Source: Octopus bimaculoides (taxonomy: Eukaryota). Taken from it: DNA of 64,000 bases. The notes under the pieces are model-generated. The model saw nothing but the letters and a program-made list of their open reading frames with translations. It searched no databases and was not told the origin of the DNA. A program made the translations under genes and the position numbers. The number at the start of each line of letters is the position of its first letter. Position 1 is the stretch's first letter. The stretch is taken from the NCBI RefSeq assembly GCF_001194135.2, contig NC_068989.1, positions 38,431,766-38,495,765 of the forward strand. Reading direction: 5' to 3'. Positions 24,545 to 36,978 of this stretch are shown one piece after another.

Positions 24545-26303
24545 GTTAGTGCTGCTCAATTACTTTTCCCTATCTTTGTTCTAATCATAATTATTATGTA
24601 AATTCCCATATGTTCATAATGGTTTTATTAATGTGTTTTACATTTTAAAATACAAATTCCACATTTAAATCTATGTCAGTGGAAATATGTTAGCAGGCTA
24701 TGATTGATTTGTTCAAGTGTCCCTTTATTATACACATCTACTGATACAAAATCTACTGATACAACACAAATACCTGTATATTTACACACAATTGCATACT
24801 AAAAATACAACTAGACACATGTAACTGCTAAAACCACTGCAACAATATTTAAACCTCTCCTAGTTCATAACCTCTAAAGGAGGAAAACTCATTGGATAAT
24901 GGAAAATAAGAGATGTATGGAAAAAAAGTTAAGGGTGATCATGGTTAATATATCTTTGACAGGGGCTGAATTACTACTAAATGTACAACTACATAAATAC
25001 AAACACACAAGCAGCACATACCATGTGAAACTATCTATACATAATTGACTATGTTTTTACCAACTCTAGAAATATGAAAGGCAAAGTTGACCTTAGCAGG
25101 ATTTGAACTCAGAATGTAAAGTGTCAGGAAAATAAAACTGCAATGTATTTTGAACAACACATTAATGATTCTACCAAATAATTTGCAAGTAGTTTCACAA
25201 AGTATAGAGTACTCAATACTTATATAGAGTACAGTTATTGATCAATAGTGGTGAAAGCTGAATACTTGTCCATAATTTAAAACTTTACAGTGGCTTCGAG
25301 CTTCATTCATAAAGGCAATTAGTTGTATTACTAATTATTAAGGAATTTTATTGAAAAAAATTTTAAAAAACATTTAGTAATTTTGATTAATTAAAATTTC
25401 TTTGCTTACTAAATCAAGTATGCTAGGGCTCACTTTATATGATATACCCTTCTTATATCAATTTTTCCATACTGGTGTATGTTGGATGATCTTGTTGCCA
25501 ATCCTTTCAGCTGTGACTCACAAAACGCAGAGAAAGAATGAACCTATTCAACAACCCATGCTCAAATACATTCACACACATGTGTATATATACATATATG
25601 TGTCTGTGTGTATGAACACACACACATACACACGAATACATGCATATATTGATATTTCTACATTTAGCCTGCCAGTCAAGGACCTTTCTTCAATAAAAAT
25701 TATATCGCTGTTCTTTAAACCCTGGTCAGCTCCAAATAAGTAGATTTGCGTACAAAAGTTTTCAAACTGTAGCCATCCTGTCATATTTTTAGGAACTGTT
25801 TTTAGAATAATAGTATTTCAATGCGTTGATATAAAAAAATATTGTATATTAAAGGAAACTTAGTGGCTAATTGTAACAAGCTGTATTCTGGTGTGAAAGC
25901 TTCCCTACCTGCTAAAATGAAAATATTGTGTTTTATTGTAACAAGTTATTACCCCCCACGAAAAAAGTGAAACCAATTTTGACAATAAGATAAATAAACC
26001 AGTCGTCCTCTGACAATAAACATTAAGAATCTTAACAGCTGTTGTGCATTATTGGACACCAGCTGTTAATATTAATAATCATTATGGCCACACACTTTGT
26101 ATTACCTGAACCAAAGTGACTGTGAACTAGTTAGAGTTCATGTGCAAACTCAATCACTAATAGTAAGTGTTGGTTGTTATCAAATCTTCCCAGTGAATTC
26201 TAAGGAAACCCACAGCATTTATCCCAAAGTGCCACATTGTTGAACAATTGTAATGAATATGAATTCGATGTTAAACAACCAGGTCATTTTTTTTTTAATG
26301 CAG

Positions 26304-26315
26304 TTTCGATCAAAG
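26304..26315 (+). other. Candidate 12-nt microexon, copy 2 (GC donor)
   Basis: cattttttttttaatgcag|TTTCGATCAAAG|gcaagt, which is the typical strong GC-AG donor context. Confidence 0.45.
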
Positions 26316-27264
26316 GCAAGTGCAGCTCTGCTACTTTTCCTCCATTTTCGTTTTTATTATTTTCATTGTAATCATAACTATTATGTAAATTCCAATATAT
26401 TTTTAATGGTTTTTTTTTTTACTGTATTTTAGATCCTTAGATATTGATGCCACACTTTAGCTTCCATCAGAGAAAACATGTCAGTGGAATATGATTTGTT
26501 ATTCCTCTATTACATACACCTCTTCCTGTAGAATACTTAGACATGCTTCTACACATACACTCTTGCACACACACAAACACAAACAGTTGTACTGATTCAC
26601 TAATACATACATTACACATATATAAAACTACACTCAAACACATAAACTAATACAATAGTTAAGGGCTACAGAAGTGGTACCTAAATCTCCCTCAGTTCAC
26701 AATCTAAAATTTTACATATATGACCTATTAGTAGATATTGGAGTCCTAGATACATCATGTAGGGAAAAAGTAGGCTGGTCATGATTATTGCATCATTGTG
26801 GTTAGTATGATCACACATATACAAACACACAAGTAGTAGATACATGCATGAACATGTAGCTAACTATATATAACATCAATAAGAAACACACACATACACA
26901 CACACATTTTGCTACATTTAGCCTGCTCTCAAACAATGGTTTTTGACTCTTTCACTAGCAGAATTTCCTTTTTATTTAAATAAACTTTTCAATAAAATCC
27001 AGGCTTTTGGAAGGTTTGTTTACTCTGCAAATTTTTGACTTCAGCTTACAAATCATCTGTCCTATCTTCATGGACTCCCAGGGTTTCCTTGACCTCCAGG
27101 TAGAATACCACTACTCAATAGTGATGCATACATATTAACAGATCTTAGAAAATGAATGTCATTCTAATCATATCTGCATTGTCCAGAAGGATAATTTGAG
27201 GAGATTTTAAGTAGAGCTGTATAAACTATATTGCATTTCTATTTCTTTGGACATTTCATTATTG

Positions 27265-29275
27265 TCATTATCATTATTATATGTTTGCCTTTAGCTTTGT
27301 ATTTGTACAAGTTGACTCCAAGTCTCACCCAGAGACCTCAAGAGACAACAAGTTAGAAGTTAGTGTTATGCCTCGGGTATCATGTATTTAATTTTGCACA
27401 TAGTATTGTTCTAGAGAATGTTTAAGAAAACAGAGGAAAATTATAAGTTTGTTTTAAAATTTGAGATTACATAGACAGTATTTTACGTTGGATATGAGCA
27501 GTTCCCATGAGCACTATCTTTTAAATTTCTGCCATCTTGGAGTTTCCTGGTATCTGAGCTAGGTAGCAATCAGTCCCTTTTGCTATCATTCTTAGGGCAC
27601 CTATGACAACAGGTATTGTTTTAGTCTTGAGGTTCCTCATTTTGCCAATTTCTATTTCAAGATCTTTATACTTGCTCAGGTTTTGATTGTTCTTGACAAA
27701 TACATTTATATCGATTTGGACAGTCATATCAATGAGGAGGCATGATTTTTGCTGAAGTCTTTCAATATAATGTCTGGCCTATTTGCACCCATCTTTCTGT
27801 CAGTTTGAATGGTGAAGTTTCCAAGGAGTGAGATGTGATCCTTTTCAAGCACTGGAGGTGGTTTGTGTTCCCACCAATTTTTATCATGGGGCAGGTCCAG
27901 GTTTTTGCAAATTACCCAGCGAATGTATTGTGCTGCTCTGTAGGTGCAGACTGCACATGGAGACAACATGATCAATGGTTTCATTTTGTTGTTGACATAC
28001 ATGACATGTTGAGCAGCTGTCATTCTTTAATATGCTGGCCTGGTAGTTCTTTGTAGGTAGGCATTGATCTTGGGCTATGATAAACCCCTCTGTTTCTGAT
28101 TTCAAGCCAGAGGCCATTAGCCATTGATGGGTAAGGGCTTAGTCACTATCTGCATTATTCGCTCTCTTTGGGTATTTGCCATTGAGAGGTTTTCCATGCC
28201 ATTTATCAGTCATAATATCTAAGACAGCAATTTTAGCACGGGTTTTCAAGCACTTAGATTTTTCTGTGCTTGTTTCTAGTACGTCTAATTCTGGAATTTG
28301 TTGTATTTGGAATTCACTTAGCTATTCCTTTGCTTGTTTTGTTACTGAGTATGATGATTTCTTGTTTTCAAGCTTTTATACAAGTTTTAACATCCAGTCA
28401 TCAGAGTATTTCAGGTAGGTGTCCAGGCCAATTGTGGCAATCTTTATTGTTAATTCCAGTTGTAAAAGTCCACGGCCTCTCTCTTTTCTTGGCAGATAAA
28501 GTCATTCTATATCTGCCTTATGGTGGTGCATTCTCTACATTGTCAACAATTTTCATATTTTTCTGTCAAGATAACATATTTCAGTAATTGATCAGTTAAT
28601 GATATTGAAACTGTAAGTCATGACTGGTATGGCTAAAGTATTGATCGCTTTGATTCTGTTTCATGCATTCAGCTCTGTCTTGAGTATTGCCTTTACCCTG
28701 CGATAACATTTTCTGATCCTTTCCCTCATCACTGAATGTTTGATTCCATCCCCTAGGTATTTGTAGCTCTCTGCTGGTTCTAATTCCTTTATGACATTCT
28801 GCTAGTCAAGATTAACATTGGATGTTTCTGTCATTTTCCCTTTGATAAAAGTAGCTTTTGCATATTTATCAAGGTCAAATTGCATCCTGTTGTCCTCACT
28901 GAATCGTTTAGCAATTACTAGTGAGCCCAGTAGTTGTTGGTCATTTTTTGCAAAGAGCTTTAAATCATCCATGTAAATGAGGTGATTTATACTTTTATCA
29001 AACATTTTATAACTGTATTGTACATCATTGAGCAATTTCGAGAGAGGCATTAAGGCTAGACAAAAGAAGAGTGATGATAGAGAGTCACCCTGGAAAATGC
29101 CACATGAAATTCTTAGATCTCCAGCATTAAGAGGTTCATTGTTACTGTTCAAAGTCAGTGTGGTTCTCCATGATCTCATACTTACAGACAAGAAGTTTTG
29201 CAGAGTAGGTGCTATTTGATAAATTTCCAAATATTTCTTAATCCAGCTATTGTTATTATTATTTTTATTATTATT
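27265..29275 (-). mobile_element. 5'-truncated R4/Dong-like non-LTR retrotransposon (RT, CCHC knuckle, REL endonuclease), degraded
   Basis: GIFQGDSLS...HLIYMDDLKLFAK (RT); CHVCQQQNETIDHVVSMC (C-x2-C-x8-H-x4-C); ANRPDIILKD...SKYKDL...IPVVIGAL (REL). Flanked by (TAA)n-like tracts. Confidence 0.9.
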
Positions 29276-29500
29276 AAGGCAGCAAGCTGGAAAAATTGTT
29301 AGCACACTGGGAAAAATGCATAGGAGCATTTTGAACGTCCTTACATTCTGAGTTCAAATTCTGCTGAGGTCAACTTTGCCTTTCTTCCTTTCGGAGTCAT
29401 TGAAATAAGTACCAGTTGATCACTGGGGTTGATGTAATCAACTAGCCCCTCACCCAAATTTGAAGCTTTGTGTCTTTAGTAGAAATGATTATTATTATTA
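29275..29500 (+). mobile_element. Nin/Deu-like SINE, near full length
   Basis: taaggcagcaagctgg head...ctgagttcaaattctgctgaggtcaactttgcc...aagtaccagttg...ggggttgatgtaatcaact...(TTA)n. Confidence 0.75.
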
Positions 29501-30295
29501 TTTCTTCTTTCAATTTTCTTTCCATTTCTTGCTGAGTATTTTTCCAACACCTAGTACAAAAAACAGACTATATATTGATAGGCCATTGAAATAAACACAG
29601 CAGATTGTTCAGTTACAAAATCAATTGAAATTAACAAAAATCATCATCATCACCAAAAAGTCATTAGCAAAATTAGAAATATTTTGGATTAAAGGAGTTA
29701 CCTTATGTAACTTAGTCTCTTTGCCTTTGGACTATAAGACTTTCTTAAGTGGATATTATAAGAACCAGTGTAGTATTCAAGTCAAGTTAATTGTGTAACC
29801 TGAAATTTTGAAGAAGCAGGTTAATCAGTTAAATTGATACCAGTACTTGATTAGTACCTTATTTTCTAACCCAGGAGAGCTGAGAGGCAAAGTTATCCTT
29901 GACTAGATTTGAAATGAGATTGTAAAACCCTGGAACAAATACTACAAGACATTTATTCCTATATTGCTAATTCACTGCTATCCTGCTAATTTGCTGCCCC
30001 TCTAATAATTTTTTTGCATAGTTCCAAGAGTAGCAATTTGGGAGGAGTAAAGTGAGTTATATAGGCCCCAGTAAATAGTGATAATGTTCAATTAATTTAT
30101 CCATTATCTATTTTAATATTCTTGTATTGATTTAAACTGTAATAAAGGTGGTGAGTTGTAGAAACTGGGTAAAGTGTTTGGTTTTGTTCTTTTATATACT
30201 GTATTTACCAGCATAAAAGTTACGTATTTAAAAAAAAATTCTTTATGTATAAACAAAAGAAAAATGGTCTTGCATCTAATGCAACTGTATTACAG

Positions 30296-30436
30296 ATGGG
30301 AGACCTGGCTCCATAGACTAGGGAGCTGGATGAGCTTAATACTACGAGATACAATAATTGTTACTAATTAAATACTATTGAAAACATGCCAAAACAACAC
30401 AGTCTGTTAGCACGAATTTACGAAAAATTGCTTAAG
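30296..30436 (+). other. Candidate 141-nt exon, closed in all three frames (UTR or non-coding)
   Basis: tctaatgcaactgtattacag|ATGGGAG...TTGCTTAAG|gtatgt; strong donor and a branch-like TCTAAT. Confidence 0.35.
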
Positions 30437-32799
30437 GTATGTCAATAGTTATATGGGAAAGGCACATCATCTCATTAGACCTCCTTCCTCAACATACATA
30501 ACCCACACCTGTTATATATCTTACATTATTTAATGATTATTATTTACCTTAAGTCTGTTACCATTAAGTAAGTTTTTAATTATCTGAATGAAAAATTCTA
30601 GAAAGAAGAATGAAATGTTAAATTTTCATCCACCTGTCAGCTGTTTCCAATGAGTGGATGACAGCAAAACCATAATGGGGTGTACAAAACTGGTGGTTGA
30701 TCGCAGTGACACAAAATATCAATCAGAAATATAAGTTTTACATCCAGTACAGCAATTCTCTTGACCAAATTATAAACAACTACACAGTTGATCTGAAAGA
30801 TGATAATGTTGAAATATTGTACACACAGAATGTATTTTATTTATGATAAATTTATGGTTTCATACATTACTCCAATGTTCTTTAACAATGTGTTATTTAC
30901 ATTTTCCCCTTACATCTCTTTAAGAAAGCTTTCAGTAAGTGTGTAATGAAACCTACTCAATATGTTTTTCCTCATATATAATTGTAAAATAGGGATTCTT
31001 TCTGCAAGAACGCATTTTATATGCTGGCAAATATGATATATAAGTTCAAATTTTACCATGACAGATTACGTTTTTTTTTATTTTCTGTAGATTCATTAAG
31101 TAAATAACCATTTATATAATGCATGAATTTCTGCATCATCTTATGGTAAACAGCACACCTAGATGTCTTAATGTTCAAAACATTTTTGGATATTTAGATT
31201 AAAAATATTTTTATATTTTAATAGATTTTCCTGATTATACATCAATTTATGCGTATTATTTTCTTTTATATTTTTTCCTAGAGATTATTGCTCATTGATG
31301 TCCATTGGGAGTAATATATGTCAGGAGACAACCTTTTGTCTGACAGTCCTTTAGAAATATCAAATAATGTCATTATGTCTCTGTGAGAGAGAAGCAGCCT
31401 ATCCTGTAGTACTTAGTGGGGCTTAGCATATGTTAAACAGCTTTGATGCATGCATGCACGCACACATATATGTACAAATAGTACTGCACTAAATGACTTT
31501 TAAATATATTATCATATAGGAAATTTTCTATTACTGTTTTTATGTGTCTTCATACAATATTTATCAATAATATGCTTTAATATATTTACTGAAGTGCACT
31601 AAATGCTACTGGGATTGTTGTTCTGTGACAATTCAGAAATGTTAATTTCCAATTCTTTGTACATGACTCTTTGATCAAATTACTTTGTTCAGATTTTATG
31701 ATATTAAAAAAACCAGGACAGTTTTTTTCTTTTCTTCTTAGTTCTTTAATATGGTCACTCTATTGTATCTAATTTTATATTCCACTAAATTTCTTTCACC
31801 CAGTCCTTTCTTTGTTGAAATTCCTGTCAGAACCATCAATACCTTGTCTTGTCTTGAGAATTGCCATTAATTTTTGTATGAAAATGTCATTCCACAAGTT
31901 TTCTTTTACAGCTCTTTGTATAATTTTACTGCTTTTTACTACTGTTCAAGAATTTTCACCACAAATGTTTCTTAGGGTCAAATGTCTCTTGATTTCTCTA
32001 GCCGGTTTCATCTTCGAAGTGAATGTTATTTTCTATAGCTGTGTGGTTAAGAAGTTCACTTTGCAACCACATTGTTTTGGATTCAGTTCTACCATATAGC
32101 ACCTTAAGCAAGTATCTTCTACTATTGCCCTGAGCCTACTAATGCCTTGTGAATGGAATTAGTTGACTGAAAGTATATGGAAGCCCATCATATGTGTGTG
32201 TGTGTGTGTATATATATATCTTCATGTAAGTGTGTATATGAGCACTATTGTTGAGATAAAAACAACTTGACTTTTGTTTTTGAAGAAATGAAATATTTAA
32301 AAAAATCACTTACTTGTGAAACAGGTAACAGTTTGCAACCAGAAGGGCCTCCATCTGTGAAATGCTGCTTAAATAACTCACTGTCCAGCCTAGCATGGAA
32401 AAATGAACATTAAATGGACAAATGAATTTATATTGGACCAGTAGTTGTTTTCATCCTATATTATAGAGCAACTTCTCATGTTATTTTAAAATCTGTGAGT
32501 AGTATCTGTCATGTACTGGGCAGGTATATGATGGCACTTTGGGAATGCTTACTCTCATATCTATTCTAATTTAGCCATACATCCTCTGCCATTTGTGTAA
32601 AGCATTTCTATTTAAACATGCCAATAACACGTTTATGTCCATTTAGTTATGTTTTTCACTACTGCAGCTTATCCATTAGACTTTGTATCATTTATAAGTC
32701 TCTCTTTGTAGGCTCCATCTATTCTACGTTGTTGTGGAACTTATTTCATTGTTTCTGGTGTTATTTTAGATTTTGTGTTTACTGTATCTTCAAACAAAA

Positions 32800-33105
32800 A
32801 TCGAGTATAAGATGCATCAGATGTAGTGTGCAAGAGAGAACATTGTGCTAATATGGCCATGTGTAAAGAAGTGAAAATCTTTAACTGTGGAGGGAACCTG
32901 TGGAAGGGGTAGACCAGGAAGTCATGGGATGAGGTGGTGAAATGTGACCTTTGGATGTTGAGTCTCATGGTGGTGATGACAAGTGAACAAGACCTTTGGC
33001 AATTTGCTGTGCTTGAGAAGACATGTCAAACCAAGTTAAATCATAGTCATGATTTAACTTGTGCTGGTGACACATAAGAGGCCTCAGACACTAAATGATG
33101 ATGAT
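32800..33105 (+). mobile_element. RTE LINE 3' fragment
   Basis: CIRCSVQERTLC*YGHV...TVEGTCGRGRP...DEVVK.DL; matches the element at 63-64 kb and ends in (GAT)n. Confidence 0.8.
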
Positions 33106-34214
33106 GTGCCAACTATATTTTGTGGGGGTTATGTTATTTTATTAATGAGTGTTTTGTGTTTCATGTGTTATAGAAGTCAGGTAGTGTATTATGTATTATG
33201 TCATTGGTGATGAATATATATATATGATAGTGTGTTGTATTATTTATTGGATGGTGATTGAGTAAAGAATGTGCTTGTTTCATAGAGTATGTATTTTGAA
33301 GGTTGTTCAGAAAGCATACTGTATTTGTTGCGTTATTGAATTGTATCTTGCACGTGGGAAGTTCTTATTAATATTGTTTTTATTATTACTCGTAATATAT
33401 GTGCTTTGGGTAACAGTATATTTTGTGTAGCTTTTTTATGGTTTAAATAATTTTATGATATCAGTGGCCATATTCTTTCCTCGTTTTTTTTTGCTTTTAA
33501 TTGCCCTATAACACCTGTTATTACAGAGATTATGTTTCCCAAACCTATATTGTAATTATTTCCAAGTCCTTCCACTTATGGAGTTCTGCTATTTATTTAA
33601 GATGATTTGTATCAGAATGAAATCATTTGTTTTCAAGTGATTTTCTTTTCTCTTTGTAGTTCTCAGCAATAAAGCTGGCTAGTTTATTGATACCTCTTAG
33701 TCAGTGTGTACAGCAATGTCTCACAGTGTCACTTCTTCATCGTCCCCATATTACTGTGTGGTGTGGATTTGAATCACCTATTTTCTCAGCTATTACTCTG
33801 TATTAAGCACAAATATGACGTGCTGATAATATTCAAGTGTATTTTTTCTCATTTGTTTTATAAAATTGTATCAAATGTTAATAATATTTTCCAGGCTATG
33901 TGTAATCTCTCTTACACAAATGCATTGCTCTCAATGTCTTTATTTAAGAATGTCTTTACAGGCTTCCTCTTGGTTATCTTTTTATGTTTCTTCATTGCAA
34001 GAGGGTTATCACCATCACCATTATAATTATTATTATAGTTGTTGTTGTCATTATTTTCATCATCATCATCATTATTATTATTATTATTATTATTATATGC
34101 TTCCACTGCACATTTGAGTGCATACAAGCATTGTCTTAATTATTCTATGGAATATGTGTAGTATGACATGCAGTGTGCTGTTTTCTTTAGTATTATAATT
34201 ATTTGGTAGTAGAT

Positions 34215-34400
34215 TGACTGAACAGTTAGTGATAGGAACCACGCCTACTGTATTTGTTCTGGCTCTTTGCATTCTGAGTTCAAACCCTGTTGCAGTTAAC
34301 TTTGCCTGCCAACCTTTTGAGCTTGATAAAATTAAGTACTAGTCAGGTACTGAGGATGTTGTAATCAACTTATCACCTCCACCCAAAAGTGATGGTTTTT
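34215..34400 (+). mobile_element. Nin/Deu-like SINE
   Basis: ctgagttcaaaccctg...aactttgcc...gataaaattaagtactagt...gatgttgtaatcaact. Confidence 0.6.
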
Positions 34401-34721
34401 TCCCTAAATCAGAAATCGTCACATCATTATTCTCCTCCTCATCATCATGTATGTTTTCTACACTTTTATGCAATTTCTTACTGCATTTTTTGTTGCATTT
34501 CTGTCTTTTGGTGGTATAGAAGTGTTTTTGGAAACTATAACAACTTTGCTCTGTTGTGGGATTTGTTTTTTTTTGTTTTTTTTTTGTTGTTTTATCTATT
34601 GGGAATATTATGTCCAATGAGTTGTGTTATATGTTTTAGTGTCAATGGTGAATGTATTTGATGTATACTGTATGAGTCGTATTATATTAGTGGGTGGCAA
34701 CTGTGCAGCATTTTCTTTATC

Positions 34722-35380
34722 AGTCATCATCATCATTTAACATCAGTTTTCCATGCTGGCATGGCTTGGACGGCTTGACTGGAACTGGAAAGGCCAGGGA
34801 GCACATCAGGTTTCACAGCCTATTTTGGTTTTGTTTCTATGACTGGATACCCATCCAAATGCCAATCACTCCAGAGAGTGTACCACTGCTTTTTTATGTG
34901 GCACTGTTACCAAGACCCACACCAATGCTTTTCACGTGGCACCTTGATTTCAGTGTTGTGTATATTGGTATCAATGCCATGTATATTGTGTACAGTGGTG
35001 CTATTTTACTGAATGGTGGTTGCATAGAGTATGTGTTGTGTTATATTGCTTGATGGTGTTCCATTGGGCATGTGTTGCGTGAGTTGTGTCAGTGGATGGT
35101 GATTATACAAGGTGTTTGTTGTGTTATATTGTTTGTTTGGGTTCCATGGAACATGTGTTTTATTATTGGTGGTAGTTGCCATCATTTAACGTCCTCTTTC
35201 CCTACTGGCATGTTGGTTTGATAGGGAAATGCTGAGCTGAAGGAGTGCATCAAGTTCCATTGTAATCTCAGGCATAATTTCTATGACTGGATGCCCTTTC
35301 TGATGCCAACCACTTTACATGGTGCTTTTTCTTCATGACACTGTTACTAGTGAGGCTGCCATGTAACTTGCAAGACAGCA
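34722..35380 (-). mobile_element. Two RTE-tailed repeat copies
   Basis: catcatcatttaacatcagttttccatgctggcatgg (34722) and catcatttaacgtcctc...ggatgccctttctgatgccaacc (35180). Confidence 0.6.
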
Positions 35381-35839
35381 AAGAAAAGAGGAAAAAGGAA
35401 ATGGAAAAAGCTCACACTACTAAAAAGGAGTATTTTGGAAGGAAAGGTGTTAGTGGGTAGATGTATGCCAGGTGTTGAAAGACAAGCACAGATGTTTTGC
35501 TATAGAAGAGATACATGGCTATAGGAGATAAGAGGAATGTAGTGATAATGTGTTATATTGTTAGGTGGTATTCCATAAAACATGTGTGAGTTGCATTATT
35601 AATGCTGATTGTATAGCTGTGTGTTGCTGCATTGTTTAGCGATATTCTATAGGATGTGTGTTGAGTGAATTTTGTTATTTTATATGGTGGTGATTGTATA
35701 GGTATATGTGGCATGTCTATTTTAGTTGTCCTGTTAAACTGAAAATGTCTTGCATAGGATGTTGAGTGTGCCACATTGGGTTATTGTCTGGACTGTATAA
35801 TGTTGTGAGACCTGATATAGATTGTATACTGTTATTTAC

Positions 35840-36261
35840 ATACAAAGTTGTTAGCAGTTCAAATATGCTTGAGGCATATTCGAACTTGTAAGAAAGCCAT
35901 TTGAACTGGTAATGACTTTGTATTTATACAAATCACTGTTTAGCACTGTCATCCCATATTTTGTTTATAGTAAACTGCTGATTAATGTTACCAGTCATTG
36001 AACAATGACGGGAATATCATGAGAGAGACAATCTCTCTCACATCAGCTCACAGCAGTCTGGTTTCTGTGGCTGAAGAGGAGGTAACCACTCCAAAATGCA
36101 TGCATCCCACAGTCTGGTTAGGTGGCACTGTGAGCTAGTTTGGTGTATTTACACCCATTTGTCTGCAGCAATAGATTTTCTTCATGACAAAACACAGTGA
36201 ATAGATTTCTTACAAGTTTGAATATGCCTCAAGCATATTTGAATGGGTACCAACTTTGTAT
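35840..36261. repeat. Inverted repeat element (~56-bp arms) with a partial internal direct copy
   Basis: 35840-35895 is the reverse complement of 36206-36261; actttgtat...atcactg.ttagcactg occurs at about 35915 and 36253. Confidence 0.7.
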
Positions 36262-36946
36262 ACATATCACTGCTTAGCACTGCTATTTATATATTTGTAT
36301 ATATTTATATATATACTGCTATTTATATATATTTTTTACACTACCTAGTGCTTCACTTATTAACAGTTCTATTTCAACTTACATACCCTGCACTTACATA
36401 TTTTACTTTCCAGATCCTTCTACACTGACAGTTTCTCTACATCCTTCCAGTTGATATTTCAGAAAGGTTCACAATTTCTAGCCAAATATTGATATTTTTG
36501 TTCCCATGTTTGATTATTTTATCTCTGGATGGTATGCCTTGATCTCCTTCACAGTCTGGATAAGTCTGTCCCCAATGATTATGAACAATTTCTTTTCATA
36601 TACATTGTCAGCTACCTATTTATACCATTTACCAGTTGCTCCATCAGAGAACTTACATATTGCCCACAAGATAAAGCTACTGGTTCAGTCATATTTGTGA
36701 AGTTACTCAAACTTGGCAAAAATTGGGTAGTCACAAGTAATATGGTTAGTTATCTCATTGAGCTGGTAGTCTATACTTGTTAGGGTAAAGGCAAGGCATT
36801 GGTTCTGTGCTGCTAAAATTAGATGTTTTGCCTTAGTCTGATTTCCTTTTATTTCATGGTCAATGTACACAGAAATTTTCTATTGTATAGTTACTTCTTT
36901 CATATTGGATCTGGATTGCTATATTGTTATATTCATACCATGTGTT

Positions 36947-36978
<32 letters not shown>

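Larger units (their letters stand above)
23940..26990. repeat. Old tandem duplication (copies about 23940-25710 and 25712-26990, period about 1771 bp)
   Basis: Collinear shared blocks: agccatcctgtcatatttttaggaa, aaatgaaaatattgtgtt, cctctgacaataaacattaa, acattgttgaaca, aatcataa.tattatgtaaattcc, ctacatttagcctg. Confidence 0.9.
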
